A model generated the notes under the pieces. That model worked only from the letters and a program-made list of their open reading frames with translations, was not told the origin of the DNA and did not search any database. A DNA stretch of 64,000 bases from Macrostomum hystrix (Eukaryota > Animalia > Platyhelminthes): NCBI GenBank assembly GCA_950097015.1, contig CATNEN010000001.1, positions 24,490,001 to 24,554,000 on the forward strand. Reading direction: 5' to 3'. Positions within the stretch are counted from its first letter, which is position 1. Each line of letters begins with the position of its first letter. The position numbers were made by a program, and so were the translations under genes. Positions 50,360 through 63,244 of the stretch are shown here, in pieces.

Positions 50360-50600
50360 TTTCGGCAAATAGGGAATTCGGCGAATCGGGAATCGGCGAA
50401 TCGGGAATTCGGCGAATCGGGAATCGGCGAATAGGGAATTTCGGCGAATCGGGACTCGGCGAATCGGGAATTTCGGCGAATCGGGAATTTCGGCGAATCG
50501 GGAATTTCGGCGAATCGGGAATTTCGGCGAATCGGGAATTTCGGCGAATCGGGACTCGGCGAATCGGGACTCGGCGAATCGGGAATTCGGCGAATTTCGT
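50360..50600. repeat. 14-17-bp CpG-rich tandem repeat (ggcgaatcgggaatttc), possibly transposon subterminal
   Basis: Tandem array; a related motif occurs inverted at ~49940-49975. Confidence 0.85.
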
Positions 50601-50839
50601 AAATGTATACGCGTTGGCGTTTTGTATACAATGGCTTAAATGTATACATTGCATCGAAATTCGTCAGCTTCGTAAGGTCCGCATGTTTTTTTAAGAGATT
50701 CGGGGGGCAGCAGTAAGAATTTGGGACATTATGGGCTTATGGCCTTTGCGCCTAGAATGCTAATGGATTTTTGGCTTCAAATACTATGAGATACTACGGG
50801 ACTGCAATGCTATGGGATTAGAGACTTCAGAATGATACT

Positions 50840-51420
50840 CCTACAAGGATATTTAGGATAAGCATGTCCTACAAGAATTAGCATTTTATATAAGGATTAG
50901 CGACTTTACCAGTAGCTTTAAGTTGAGACAATAGTCCACATTAGTTCCATAATTTTATATTTTGAGTCCGAGGTTTCGCCAAACTGAGTTGAGTGAGCGC
51001 GAATTAGTTTTCACTAACCTTGAGCACATATTATGCCCGCAAGCGACAATGCGACAAAAAATCCAGTTCGAACCGGTTGAGCAGCCCTGCACCGTAAGTC
51101 CTGAGCAGTGCTAGGCTTGGGGATGCTATTTTATTTTTTATAACCGACCGCTTGTTTTACTGCACTGAAAACGGCCCGTCGACCTCCCCCGCTCCGAGAG
51201 CGCAGGTGAAAAGGTGAGAGACGGGCCGGGCAGAGACGGAGACTCGCTGCGACAAACTCGAGAAACTGGAGGCTGCGGAGTGGCGCCACCTGCTTTGCCC
51301 TTTTCAATTGTGAGCGGCAGACTGGGCCGCTGCTTTCAAACCCAAATTAATTTTCAGTGTCACAATGAGCACAAATTGCTCAGCCAGGAATAAGCAAAGT
51401 TATGAAGTGACTCAAATCAG
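50840..51420. repeat. Diverged direct repeat, copy 1 (copy 2 at ~57090-57690)
   Basis: Shared blocks tgagcagtgctaggcttggggatgc, aaccgaccgc, gctgcggagtggcgccac, gcaaag.tatgaag. Confidence 0.85.
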
Positions 51421-51504
51421 TTCTCACTTTTAGCAAACCGATTGGGCAGAAAATGGCTGGATTTTACTCTGTGCTCACCTTGAGCTGTGGCTTAGTGAGG
51501 AGCC

Positions 51505-52452
51505 CCTGACACCTGCCCTACCTGACACCCTCTGCCATCCCTGACACCCTCTGCCTTCCCTGACACCCTCTGCCTTCCCTGACACCCTCTGCCATTCCTG
51601 ACACCCTCTGCCTTCCCTGACACCCTCTGCCTTCCCTGACACCCTCTGCCTTCCCTGACACCCTCTGCCTTCCCTGACACCCTCTGCCTTCCCTGACACC
51701 CTCTGCCATCCCTGACACCCTCTGCCTTCCCTGACACCCTCTGCCATTCCTGACACCCTCTGCCTTCCCTGACACCCTCTGCCTTCTCTGACACCCTCTG
51801 CCTTCCCTGACACCCTCTGCCTTCCCTGACACCCTCTGCCTTCCCTGACACCCTCTGCCTTCCCTGACACCCTCTGCCATCCCTGACACCCTCTGCCATC
51901 CCTGACACCCTCTGCCATATCTGACACCCTCTGCCTTCCCTGACACCCTCTGCCATTCCTGACACCCTCTGCCATCCCTGACCCCCTCTGCCTTCCCTGA
52001 CACCCTCTGCCATCCCTGACACCCTCTGCCATCCCTGACACCCTCTGCCATATCTGACACCCTCTGCCCTCCCTGACACCCTCTGCCTTCCCTGACACCC
52101 TCTGCCTTCCCTGACACCCTCTGCCATCCCTGACACCCTCTGCCTTCCCTGACACCCTCTGCCATTCCTGACACCCTCTGCCTTCCCTGACACCCTCTGC
52201 CTTCCCTGACACCCTCTGCCTTCCCTGACACCCTCTGCCTTCCCTGACACCCTCTGCCTTCCCTGACACCCTCTGCCTTCCCTGACACCCTCTGCCATCC
52301 CTGACACCCTCTGCCATCCCTGACACCCTCTGCCTTCCCTGACACCCTCTGCCTTCCCTGACACCCTCTGCCTTCCCTGACACCCTCTGCCATCCCTGAC
52401 ACCCTCTGCCTTCCCTGACACCCTCTGCCGTTTCTGACACCCTCTGCCACCC
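51505..52452. repeat. 19-bp minisatellite (ctgacaccctctgccttcc)
   Basis: Tandem array; ORFs 51475-52615 are artefacts. Confidence 0.95.
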
Positions 52453-52562
52453 TTGTCAGCCTCCGAAGGAGAAACGGGGAAAAGCCTGCTGACTCGCAAT
52501 TATAGCTTCTTCTTCTTCTTCTTCTTCGGGCGTGCGCGGGCCAGGGCCCATGGCACCGGGCA

Positions 52563-55500
52563 TCAGATGATACCCGCCTTCCCAAGCAGGGCCAGCACGG
52601 AAGCACAGCATTCAAAGACCGCAGCGGGCTCCGGGCAGGGGCCCCAGAGGCGGCAGCGGTGGGCGGTCAGGGCGGGGCAGGCGAGGAGCACGTGGGCCGC
52701 CGTCTCGTCGCCCTCGCCACAGAGTCGGCAGGTGGGGGCCACCGGGGCGCCAATCGCGGCCTGGAAGCCCCGGAGGGCATGGCAGCGGTCGGCGCGCAGC
52801 TGGCAGATCAGCCGCTCGTGCCGCCGCGAGAGGTCAGTCGGCGGAGGAGGCGGCAGGTGGCCCGAGGTGCAGGCGGCGTGCCAGGGCAGCGAGCTCGTGC
52901 CCGCAGCGTCGGCGGCCGCCGCGCGGTACAGATGGTGCCAGCGGGCGAGGCAGTTGCGGCGAATGGCGGCCTGGGCCGCAGCCAGCGGGATGTGGGCCTC
53001 AGCCTGCGGCAGCGCGGAGCCGCGCTTGGCAATGGCATCGACCGCCTCGTTGCCAGGGATGCCCGCGTGGCCCGGGACCCACTGCAGGTGGACAGCGACG
53101 CCCCCGGCTGCGAGGTGGGAGAGGCTGGCCCAGATGGCATCGGCAGTGGTGACGCCCGTCGAGCCGGGGCCGGACTCGAGCGCCGCCAGCGCACTCAGGG
53201 AGTCCGAGCACACGCAGACCGGCGACAGCTCGGCCGGGTCCGGTGCCGCCAACACCCACTGGAGGGCCTCGGCGATGGCCACCAGCTCAGCGTGGAAGCT
53301 GGACGTCACATGGCCGGCTGGGACGCACAGTGCCGTGTCGGGCTCGACCAGGGCGCCGCTGCCGCCGGCCGAGACGCCATCCTTTGCCGCTCCGTCGGTC
53401 CAGATGGCCGTGCGGGCGGGCGGCAGGCCTGCCAGCGTTAGCTCAGCCGCCGCTCTCCGTGCCTCAGGCGGGTCGCACCGGGAGGAGGGGGCGGACAGCT
53501 GCAGACCAAAGGTGACGGTGTCCAGGTTGGCCCAGGGAGGCGTCGCGGGGACAGCGCAAACGGGCTCGCGCGGGTAGCCGCTCAGGCCCGCGTCGGTGCT
53601 GACTCTGGTCGCCGTTTCCCGCCAGCCTCGGGCGCTCTGGAGGCGGCGGTGTGGGCCCTCGGCGGCCGCGCAGGCGAGCAGCGGGTTGTCGGGCGGGAGC
53701 CTGAGGGCGCGCTCGAGGAGAAGGCCGGCGTGCATCTCGGCGCGGACCGCCATCGGGGGCAGGCCGGCCTCTCGTTCTAGCACCTCCGACCTGGTGTTCC
53801 GAGGGCACCCGGTGATGACGCGCGCGCACAGGCGCTGGGCTCGGTCCAGCTGCTCAATGGCCGTCTTGCAGGCCGACGGCATCCAGGCGCCGGCCGAGTA
53901 CTTCAGCACCGGCCGCACGTAGGCAGTGTAGAGCCGGCGCGCGTCGGTCTGCTTGGCGCCCCAGCTGCTACCGGAGAGCGCGGCCAGGACGCCGCACCGG
54001 GCGCGGGCGCGGCCTGCGACGTTGGCGGCGTGCGCGGTGAAGCTCAGCAGGCGGTCCAGGATGACGCCGAGAAACCGGGGCTGGCGGTCCGTCGCGAGGG
54101 GGGCGTCGTTCAGCTGCAGCCGCAGCTCCCGGCTGGCCTCACCTGCGGTGGTGGAGAACAGGGATGCGGCGCACTTCTCCGGCGCCAGCTGCAGCCGCCA
54201 CTTGTTTGCCCACTCGGCCGTCGCATCGATGGCCCGCTGCGCTTTCGCCTCGGGCTCCTCCACAGTCAGGCCTTGCACTGCAATGGCCAGGTCGTCCGCG
54301 TAGAGGAGCGGCGTGCAGTCGGGCGGCAGCTGGTCCGGCAGGTCGTTAATGAATAGCGCGAAGAGCAGCGGGGCAAGAACGCTCCCCTGTGGTAAGCCCT
54401 CGCGGAAGAGCCGCCAGCTGCTCGTCGCGCCGTCGACCCTGACGGCGGCCCTTCGGTCGGCCAGGAAGCTGCTGAGCCAGCGGACCCCGGCAGCCGGGAT
54501 GCCCGCGGCGTGGAGCTTGTGCAGCAGGCCCTGCTTCCAGACGGTGTCGTACGCCCTGCGGAAGTCGAACAGAACGACGACAGTCCGCCGGGGGGGCTGG
54601 CCTGGTGACCATCACTGATGAGCTGGGTGAGCCTGGCGATCTGGTCCTCGGTGCAGCGCCGCTTGCGGAAGCCGGCCTGAGCCGGGTGCAGCAGCTGCCG
54701 GGACTCGGCCCACCAGTAGAGCCGCGCTTGGACCAGGCGCTCGGCCAGCTTGGCCAGGGCGGAGGTCAGGGCGATCGGCCGGTAGGAGCCAATCACGTCG
54801 GCCGGCTTGCCCTTCTTCAGGATCGGCACGACGTGGGCGCGTCGCCACGCAGACGGGACCTCCCCCTTTGCCCAGGACTGGTTGATCACATGCAGAGCCG
54901 CCCGGCGACCGGCGGGGCTGAGGTGCTGCAGGTGCTCGGCACAGATGCCGTCTGGTCCTGGGGCTTTCCTGGCCGGGAGGGAGCGAAGGACTCTGTCCAG
55001 CTCGCGAAACGAGAATTGCTTGCTAAAGTCTCCTGCCTCCGGGCTGTCAGCTTGTGCGGCGGCGCGGCTGCGGTGGTTCTCGCGGCGGAGGATGCGCGTC
55101 CTGCGGTCTTGCGGAAGGCGGCTCACGGCGGCGTACTCCTTGGCGTAAGCCTCGGCGATGTCCTTTGGTCGGACGTAGAGCTTCTGGCCCACACGGAGCG
55201 CTGCATCCCGCTGCAGGTTGTTGCTTCTGCCGTCAAGGGAGCGAACGACTCTCCAGATCTTGGAGTGGTCTGTGTCCGCTGCCACCTCGCCGGCGAAGGC
55301 CCTCCAGCTGTCGCGCTTGGCGTCGGCGATGATCTTCTTGGCGTCTGCGCTGGCCTTGTTCCAGGCCGGCCGCTCGTTCGGATCGGCAGCGGCGGCGGCC
55401 CGCGCGGCCCGACGGCTCTTCACGGCGTCCTCGACCTCCGGGGTCCACCAGGCCTTCGGGGACGGACGGGCCCCTTGCGGGATGAACGCCTTGTCGGCCG

Positions 55501-56479
55501 TCATGATGGCCTCGGTCAGCAGCCGGTTGGCTTCGGTGGCCGTCGCGGGCGGCAGGGCGTCCCAGCCAGCCAGGGCCTCCTCGGTCTGCGCGCGGAAGCC
55601 GGCCCAGTCCGCCTTGGCCCAGGCCCGCCGGGCGGCGCCCGCTCGCTTGGCTGCGCCTCGGCTGCCATGAATGATGACGCTGATCGGCAGGTGGTCCGAA
55701 CCGACGTCCCTCCGCACCTGCCACTCAGCCCGGCTGGCGAGCGACTTGTGGCACAGGCTGACGTCGGGCGCCGTCTGCCGAGCATCGGCGCGGCGCGGCA
55801 TGTGGGTGTGGCTGCCGTCATTCAGGATGCGCATGCCGGATATAACGGACCATTCAAAGGCGGCCGTGCCCAGGTCCGTCTCTTCCGATTCGGGGTCCCA
55901 GGCCGGGTGGTGCGCGTTGAGGTCCCCCAGGATCACCGTGCTGGCACCTGACGGGAGCCACTGGGAGTTGAAACGCTGCACGCGGTCGTCGCCTTCGGCG
56001 TTTCTGATGGGCGGAACGTACAGGCAGTGAATGTCCAGGCTCTCGACCGTCTTCTCAGATGGGAAAACCCGGATGCCGGCCCACTCGGTGGAGACGTCCT
56101 CGGGGGCGCAGGGCCGCTCATGCAGCACCTCGTAGCGCAGCCCCTCGCGGATAAGGATCGCGACCCCTCCGCCGCGGGTGGGGCCACCTGAGCGCCGGCC
56201 GCTCTGTCTGTGGCGCCAGACTGCATTGAAGCCCGGCAGGCGTGGTTCCCTTCCTTCGGCGGTGTGGGTCTCTTGAAGACAGGCCACGTCAACGCGCAGG
56301 TCCAGGAGCAGCTTGCACAGTTCGGGCGTCTTGGCAACGACGCCCTCTGCGTTGAGTTGCAGGAGGTGCAGGCTGCTGGGGGCCTGAGCGCGCGCGGACC
56401 GTCGGTCGGGCTGGCGCTTCGCGCCGCCGGGGGCCCGCCGTTGAGGTTCGGCAGGCTGCGTCGGCAGTTGGTCAGTCAT
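52563..56479 (-). CDS. LINE polyprotein split by a 1-nt frameshift at 54590-54596
   Basis: APE (LQLN, CLQET, GDLNAHH, SDHLPI); RT (KAPGPDG, SYRPIALTS, QAGFR, FDFRRAYDTV, GLPQGSVLAP, YADD); RNase H (WTDG, AEL, SDS, WVPGHAGIPGNEAVD); CRLC..H..C. Confidence 0.92.
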
Positions 56480-56571
56480 TTAGGACCGGTTCGGACCGCC
56501 AGATGCTTGTTGGGCGGTGAGAAAGGGCTGTGCTGTGCTGTGCTGTGCTGGGCTTTGGGAGGGCCCGTTTG

Positions 56572-56640
56572 ATGGCCTGCATTTCGTAGGACTTGCGTCC
56601 TCCGGGGGGCACCTCGTGGAGGCGCAGGCCATTGCCCCCC
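56572..56640 (-). ncRNA. HDV-like self-cleaving ribozyme
   Basis: P1 GGGGGGC/GCCCCCC, P2 AUGGCCUGC/GCAGGCCAU, P3 GCC/GGU, L3 UCCACGA, P1.1 CC/GG, P4 AGGAC-GCAA-GUCCU, J4/2 ACGAAAU. Confidence 0.9.
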
Positions 56641-56704
56641 CCGCAATTATAGCTCGACTCAAAGGCTGTCCAACTAAGGTGAGCTTCGCTAGGTCCGACG
56701 AGCG

Positions 56705-57113
56705 TACAAGGATTAGCATGTCCTACAAGGATTAGCATGTCCTACAAGGATTAGCATGTCCTACAAGGATTAGCATGTCCTACAAGGATTAGCATGTCCT
56801 ACAAGGATTAGCATGTCCTACAAGGATTAGCATGTCCTACAAGGATTAGCATGTCCTACAAGGATTAGCATGTCCTACAAGGATTAGCATGTCCTACAAG
56901 GATTAGCATGTCCTACAAGGATTAGCATGTCCTACAAGGATTAGCATGTCCTACAAGGATTAGCATGTCCTACAAGGATTAGCATGTCCTACAAGGATTA
57001 GCATGTCCTACAAGGATTTGCATGTCCTACAAGGATTAGCATGTCCTACAAGGATTAGCATGTCCTACAAGGATTAGCATGTCCTACAAGGATTAGCATG
57101 TCCTACAAGGATT
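56705..57113. repeat. 19-bp near-perfect minisatellite (acaaggattagcatgtcct)
   Basis: Tandem array, ~21 copies. Confidence 0.96.
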
Positions 57114-57694
57114 TTTTTATACATTTCTATACTGGAGTTGCAAATGTGAGGCCGAATCTGTAAAGTTATATGAGCACTGGAAGTTTTGAATAGAGAAGTG
57201 GGGATCGAGTTGAGTGAACCGAGCTGAGGTATGAAAAAATCAAGTTGAGTTGAGTTCAAGTGCGAAATAATTGTTATGTGGTAACCTTGAGCTGCAATTG
57301 TGTCCGCAAGCGAGACTGAGACAATGAATCCAGTTCGAAGCAGTTTAGCTGTTTTGCACCTCAAGTTTTGAGCAGTGCTAGGCTTGGGGATGCACTTTGA
57401 TTACTTTTTTAACCGACCGCTTTTTACTGCATATCAATTAAATAGCCATTCGACCTTCCCTCGCTTCGAGAGCGCAGATGAAGGAAGCTGAGAGATGGGC
57501 CGAGCAATGCCACAAACACGGGAAACTAATTGCGGCTGCGGAGTGGCGCCACGTGCATTGCCCTATTGTGAGCGGTATAATAGACTGCAATGTCGGCTGC
57601 TTCTGAGCTCAGAAACTTGTCCATTGACGCAATGAGCGAAAGTAGACTAACCAAGAATTAGCAAAGATATGAAGGGACCCAAATGAACCCAAAT

Positions 57695-57915
57695 GACAGG
57701 TAGATAGGGAATAGGAAGACAGGTAGATAGGGAATAGGAAGACAGGTAGATAGGGAATAGGAAGACAGGTAGATAGGGAATAGGAAGACAGGTAGATAGG
57801 GAATAGGAAGACAGGTAGATAGGGAATAGGAAGACAGGTAGATAGGGAATAGGAAGACAGGTAGATAGGGAATAGGAAGACAGGTAGATAGGGAATAGGA
57901 AGACAGGTAGATAGG
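57695..57915. repeat. 23-bp perfect minisatellite (gacaggtagatagggaataggaa)
   Basis: Tandem array. Confidence 0.95.
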
Positions 57916-58005
57916 CATTTCTTGCGTTTTATACAGAAAGATTCTGCATCTCTGTTGTTTTTCTACTACACGATTCCCCGGTCGCCATTGGTTGCGAGAG
58001 ACAGT

Positions 58006-61000
58006 GAGCTGTGTCTAACAGATTGGGAGATGTGTCTAACAGATTGGGAGCTGTGTCTAACAGATTGGGAGATGTGTCTAACAGATTGGGAGCTGTGTCT
58101 AACAGATTGGGAGCTGTGTCTAACAGGTTGGGAGCTGTGTCTAACAGATTGGGAGATGTGTCTAACAGGTTGGGAGCTGTCTAACAGATTGGGAGATGTG
58201 TCTAACAGATTGGGAGCTGTGTCTAACAGATTGGGAGCTGTGTCTAACAGGTTGGGAGCTGTGTCTAACAGATTGGGAGATGTGTCTAACAGGTTGGGAG
58301 CTGTCTAACAGATTGGGAGATGTGTCTAACAGATTGGGAGCTGTGTCTAACAGATTGGGAGCTGTGTCTAACAGATTGGGAGATGTGTCTAACATATCGA
58401 GTGATGTGTCTAACAGGTTAGAGCTGTGTCTTACATATTGGGAGCTGTGTCTAACAGGTTGGGAGCTGTCTAACAGATTGGGAGCTGTCTAACAGATTGG
58501 GAGCTGTGTCTAACAGATTGGGAGCTGTGTCTAACAGGTTGGGAGCTGTCTAACAGATTGGGAGCTGTGTCTAACAGATTGGGAGCTGTGTCTAACAGAT
58601 TGGGAGTTGTATCGAACAGATTGGGAGCTATATCTAACAGATTGGGAGTTGTATCGAACAGAATGGGAGCTGTATCTAACAGATTGGGAGCTGTGTCTAA
58701 CAGATTGGGAGCTGTGTCTAACAGGTTGGGAGCTGTGTCTAACAGATTGGGAGCTGTGTCTAACAGATTGGGAGCTGTGTCTAACAGATTGGGAGCTGTG
58801 TCTAACAGATTGGGAGCTGTGTCTAACAAATGGGGAGCTGTGTCTAACAGATTGGGTGCTGTGTCTAACAGATTGGGAGCTGTGTCTAACAGATTGGGAG
58901 CTGTGTCTAATAGATTGGGAGCTGTGTCTAATAGATTGGGAGCTGTGTCTAACAGATTGGGAGATGTGTCTAACAGATTGGGAGATGTGTCTAACAGATT
59001 GGGAGCTGTATCTAACAGATTGGGAGATGTGTCTAACAGATTGGGAGCTGTGTCTAACAGATTGGGAGATGTGTCTAACAGATTGGGAGATGTGTCTAAC
59101 AGATTGGGAGATGTGTCTAACATATCGAGTGATGTGTCTAACAGGTTAGAGCTGTGTCTTACATATTGGGAGCTGTGTCTAACAGATTGGGAGCTGTGTC
59201 TAACAGATTGGGAGCTGTGTCTAACAGATTGGGAGATGTGTCTAACATATCGAGTGATGTGTCTAACAGGTTAGAGCTGTGTCTTACATATTGGGAGCTG
59301 TGTCTAACAGGTTGGGAGCTGTCTAACAGATTGGGAGCTGTCTAACAGATTGGGAGCTGTGTCTAACAGATTGGGAGCTGTGTCTAACAGGTTGGGAGCT
59401 GTGTCTAACAGATTGGGAGCTGTGTCTAACAGATTGGGAGTTGTATCGAACAGATTGGGAGCTATATCTAACAGATTGGGAGTTGTATCGAACAGAATGG
59501 GAGCTGTATCTAACAGATTGGGAGCTGTGTCTAACAGATTGGGAGCTGTATCTAACAGATTGGGAGCTGTGTCTAACAGATTGGGAGCTGTGTCTAACAG
59601 ATTGGGAGCTGTGTCTAACATATTGGGAGCTGTGTCTAACAAATGGGGAGCTGTGTCTAACAGATTGGGTGCTGTGTCTAACAGATTGGGAGCTGTGTCT
59701 AACAGATTGGGAGCTGTGTCTAATAGATTGGGAGCTGTGTCTAATAGATTGGGAGCTGTGTCTAACAGATTGGGAGATGTGTCTAACAGATTGGGAGATG
59801 TGTCTAACAGATTGGGAGCTGTATCTAACAGATTGGGAGATGTGTCTAACAGATTGGGAGCTGTGTCTAACAGATTGGGAGATGTGTCTAACAGATTGGG
59901 AGATGTGTCTAACAGATTGGGAGATGTGTCTAACATATCGAGTGATGTGTCTAACAGGTTAGAGCTGTGTCTTACATATTGGGAGCTGTGTCTAACAGAT
60001 TGGGAGCTGTGTCTAACAGATTGGGAGCTGTGTCTAACAGATTGGGAGATGTGTCTAACATATCGAGTGATGTGTCTAACAGGTTAGAGCTGTGTCTTAC
60101 ATATTGGGAGCTGTGTCTAACAGGTTGGGAGCTGTCTAACAGATTGGGAGCTGTCTAACAGATTGGGAGCTGTGTCTAACAGATTGGGAGCTGTGTCTAA
60201 CAGGTTGGGAGCTGTGTCTAACAGATTGGGAGCTGTGTCTAACAGATTGGGAGTTGTATCGAACAGATTGGGAGCTATATCTAACAGATTGGGAGTTGTA
60301 TCGAACAGAATGGGAGCTGTATCTAACAGATTGGGAGCTGTGTCTAACAGATTGGGAGCTGTATCTAACAGATTGGGAGCTGTGTCTAACAGATTGGGAG
60401 CTGTGTCTAACAGATTGGGAGCTGTGTCTAACAGATTGGGAGCTGTGTCTAACAGATTGGGAGCTGTGTCTAACAGATTGGGAGCTGTGTCTAACAGATT
60501 GGGAGCTGTCTAACAGATTGGGAGCTGTGTCTAACAGATTGGGAGCTGTGTCTAACAGGTTGGGAGCTGTGTCTAACAGATTGGGAGCTGTGTCTAACAG
60601 ATTGGGAGTTGTATCGAACAGATTGGGAGCTATATCTAACAGATTGGGAGTTGTATCGAACAGAATGGGAGCTGTATCTAACAGATTGGGAGCTGTGTCT
60701 AACAGATTGGGAGCTGTATCTAACAGATTGGGAGCTGTGTCTAACAGATTGGGAGCTGTGTCTAACAGATTGGGAGCTGTGTCTAACAGATTGGGAGCTG
60801 TGTCTAACAGATTGGGAGCTGTGTCTAACAGATTGGGAGTTGTATCGAACAGATTGGGAGCTATATCTAACAGATTGGGAGTTGTATCGAACAGAATGGG
60901 AGCTGTATCTAACAGATTGGGAGCTGTGTCTAACAGATTGGGAGCTGTATCTAACAGATTGGGAGCTGTGTCTAACAGATTGGGAGCTGTGTCTAACAGA

Positions 61001-62252
61001 TTGGGAGCTGTGTCTAACAGATTGGGAGCTGTGTCTAACAGATTGGGAGCTGTGTCTAACAGATTGGGAGCTGTGTCTAACAGATTGGGAGCTGTGTCTA
61101 ACAGATTGGGAGCTGTGTCTAACAGATTGGGAGATGTGTCTAACATATCGAGTGATGTGTCTAACAGGTTAGAGCTGTGTCTTACATATTGGGAGCTGTG
61201 TCTAACAGGTTGGGAGCTGTCTAACAGATTGGGAGCTGTCTAACAGATTGGGAGCTGTGTCTAACAGATTGGGAGCTGTGTCTAACAGGTTGGGAGCTGT
61301 GTCTAACAGATTGGGAGCTGTGTCTAACAGATTGGGAGTTGTATCGAACAGATTGGGAGCTATATCTAACAGATTGGGAGTTGTATCGAACAGAATGGGA
61401 GCTGTATCTAACAGATTGGGAGCTGTGTCTAACAGATTGGGAGCTGTATCTAACAGATTGGGAGCTGTGTCTAACAGATTGGGAGCTGTGTCTAACAGAT
61501 TGGGAGCTGTGTCTAACAGATTGGGAGCTGTGTCTAACAGATTGGGAGCTGTGTCTAACAGATTGGGAGCTGTGTCTAACAGATTGGGAGCTGTCTAACA
61601 GATTGGGAGCTGTGTCTAACAGATTGGGAGCTGTGTCTAACAGGTTGGGAGCTGTGTCTAACAGATTGGGAGCTGTGTCTAACAGATTGGGAGTTGTATC
61701 GAACAGATTGGGAGCTATATCTAACAGATTGGGAGTTGTATCGAACAGAATGGGAGCTGTATCTAACAGATTGGGAGCTGTGTCTAACAGATTGGGAGCT
61801 GTATCTAACAGATTGGGAGCTGTGTCTAACAGATTGGGAGCTGTGTCTAACAGATTGGGAGCTGTGTCTAACAGATTGGGAGCTGTGTCTAACAGATTGG
61901 GAGCTGTGTCTAACAGATTGGGAGTTGTATCGAACAGATTGGGAGCTATATCTAACAGATTGGGAGTTGTATCGAACAGAATGGGAGCTGTATCTAACAG
62001 ATTGGGAGCTGTGTCTAACAGATTGGGAGCTGTGTCTAACAGGTTGGGAGCTGTGTCTAACAGATTGGGAGCTGTGTCTAACAGATTGGGAGCTGTGTCT
62101 AACAGATTGGGAGCTGTGTCTAACAGATTGGGAGTTGTATCGAACAGATTGGGAGCTGTATCTAACAGATTGAGAGCTGTGTCTAACAGATTGGGAGCTG
62201 TGTCTAACAGATTGAGAACTGTATCTAACAGATTGAGAGCTGTATCTAACAG
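58006..62252. repeat. 21-bp satellite (gggagctgtgtctaacagatt) with higher-order duplications
   Basis: 4.2-kb array; diagnostic variants recur at 813 and 1085 bp spacing. Confidence 0.97.
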
Positions 62253-63244
62253 TTAGGAAACTTGTTTGTTTAATTCAATGTTAAGATTGAATGCTATTAA
62301 TAAAAAATCAGTCTTACATTTTTCTCTTATTCAAAATACTGTACAGACAGCGGACAGTGCTCAAGATGTCGTGCTGCTGTTTGTCAGACTCAAAGTAAAA
62401 GGCGAGCGCTGGCTGATGCTGCTCAGCTTTGTCAACATCGATGCGGACTTCATCGGGGGAACTGCTGACGAAGGTGGAGCAGCTGTCGACAGCAACACCG
62501 GCATTGTTGTCAACGGTGAAAATAGGAGAATAAGACGGAAAATAGCTTCAAGGACTAGCGGCAGCGGGACATTATCCAGACACTGCTGGAGACAACGGCA
62601 CGTCACAAAAGTTACTTTTCGCTGATGTTGCCTAATAACTGACAGAAGAGAGCTACAAACGTTCACATTCTCAGTTGGAACACGGCATAAAGCCTTGAAT
62701 CCATTTAATACGAGTCCACTCGTAATACTTCAATGGAACACGGTGCCTGTTCAGCCCAGCACATCGTCTCTCTGCGGCTGGTATTTCATTTCATTTCATA
62801 TATCGTCTACATCAGAGAATGTCATTCAATACAATTTTCGTCAAGTCCTTGAATCCAGCAGCGGTTAGCCAAAACGATGCAATCATACTCAGACTCAAAG
62901 ATCAGTTGTAGGGGACTCTAGACTGCGAATGGGCAGCTGTATGATGGTCTCAGTCCCTTGGCGAGCCGGCAAATCCACATCCTGCCAGCAGCTGCTGTAC
63001 AATAGCCACAGTGTGGCTGAGGCTCAGGCTGCATGATGCTCTCTCCCTTGCGTTCAGATCAAGCATCCAAACCTACTTTGCTGGACTCAATCTGAGCTCC
63101 TCTATAGCATAACGGAAGTAGTAGTGATACCAAAAGCTACCGCGGCACGCTAGACTCCCAGTCTCCAACCAACCACCATACTCCACCCATCATACACACT
63201 GACCTGAGCACGCTAGGCCGACATACCACACCCCTCCCATCCCA

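Larger units (their letters stand above)
52506..56642 (-). mobile_element. Full-length non-LTR retrotransposon, Ingi/I-group-like (APE-RT-RNase H-CCHC, no ORF1)
   Basis: TSD (c)gcaattatag(ct) at 52495-52507 and 56642-56654; (GAA)n tail; HDV-like ribozyme at the 5' end. Confidence 0.93.

Noticed and set aside
52453-56030. Plus-strand ORFs overlapping the LINE
   Set aside because: Antisense shadows of a very GC-rich coding sequence
56480-56520. 2A-like NPGP peptide upstream of the LINE endonuclease
   Set aside because: ccgaaccggtcct only resembles NPGP codons after adding bases; no D-x-E-x-NPGP in any frame
56705-62252. CRISPR-like regular repeats
   Set aside because: No unique spacers, no cas genes, eukaryotic context
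62300-63060. Coding-like sequence after the satellite
   Set aside because: Frames examined are short or stop-interrupted and no family is recognisable; may be pseudogenic or UTR
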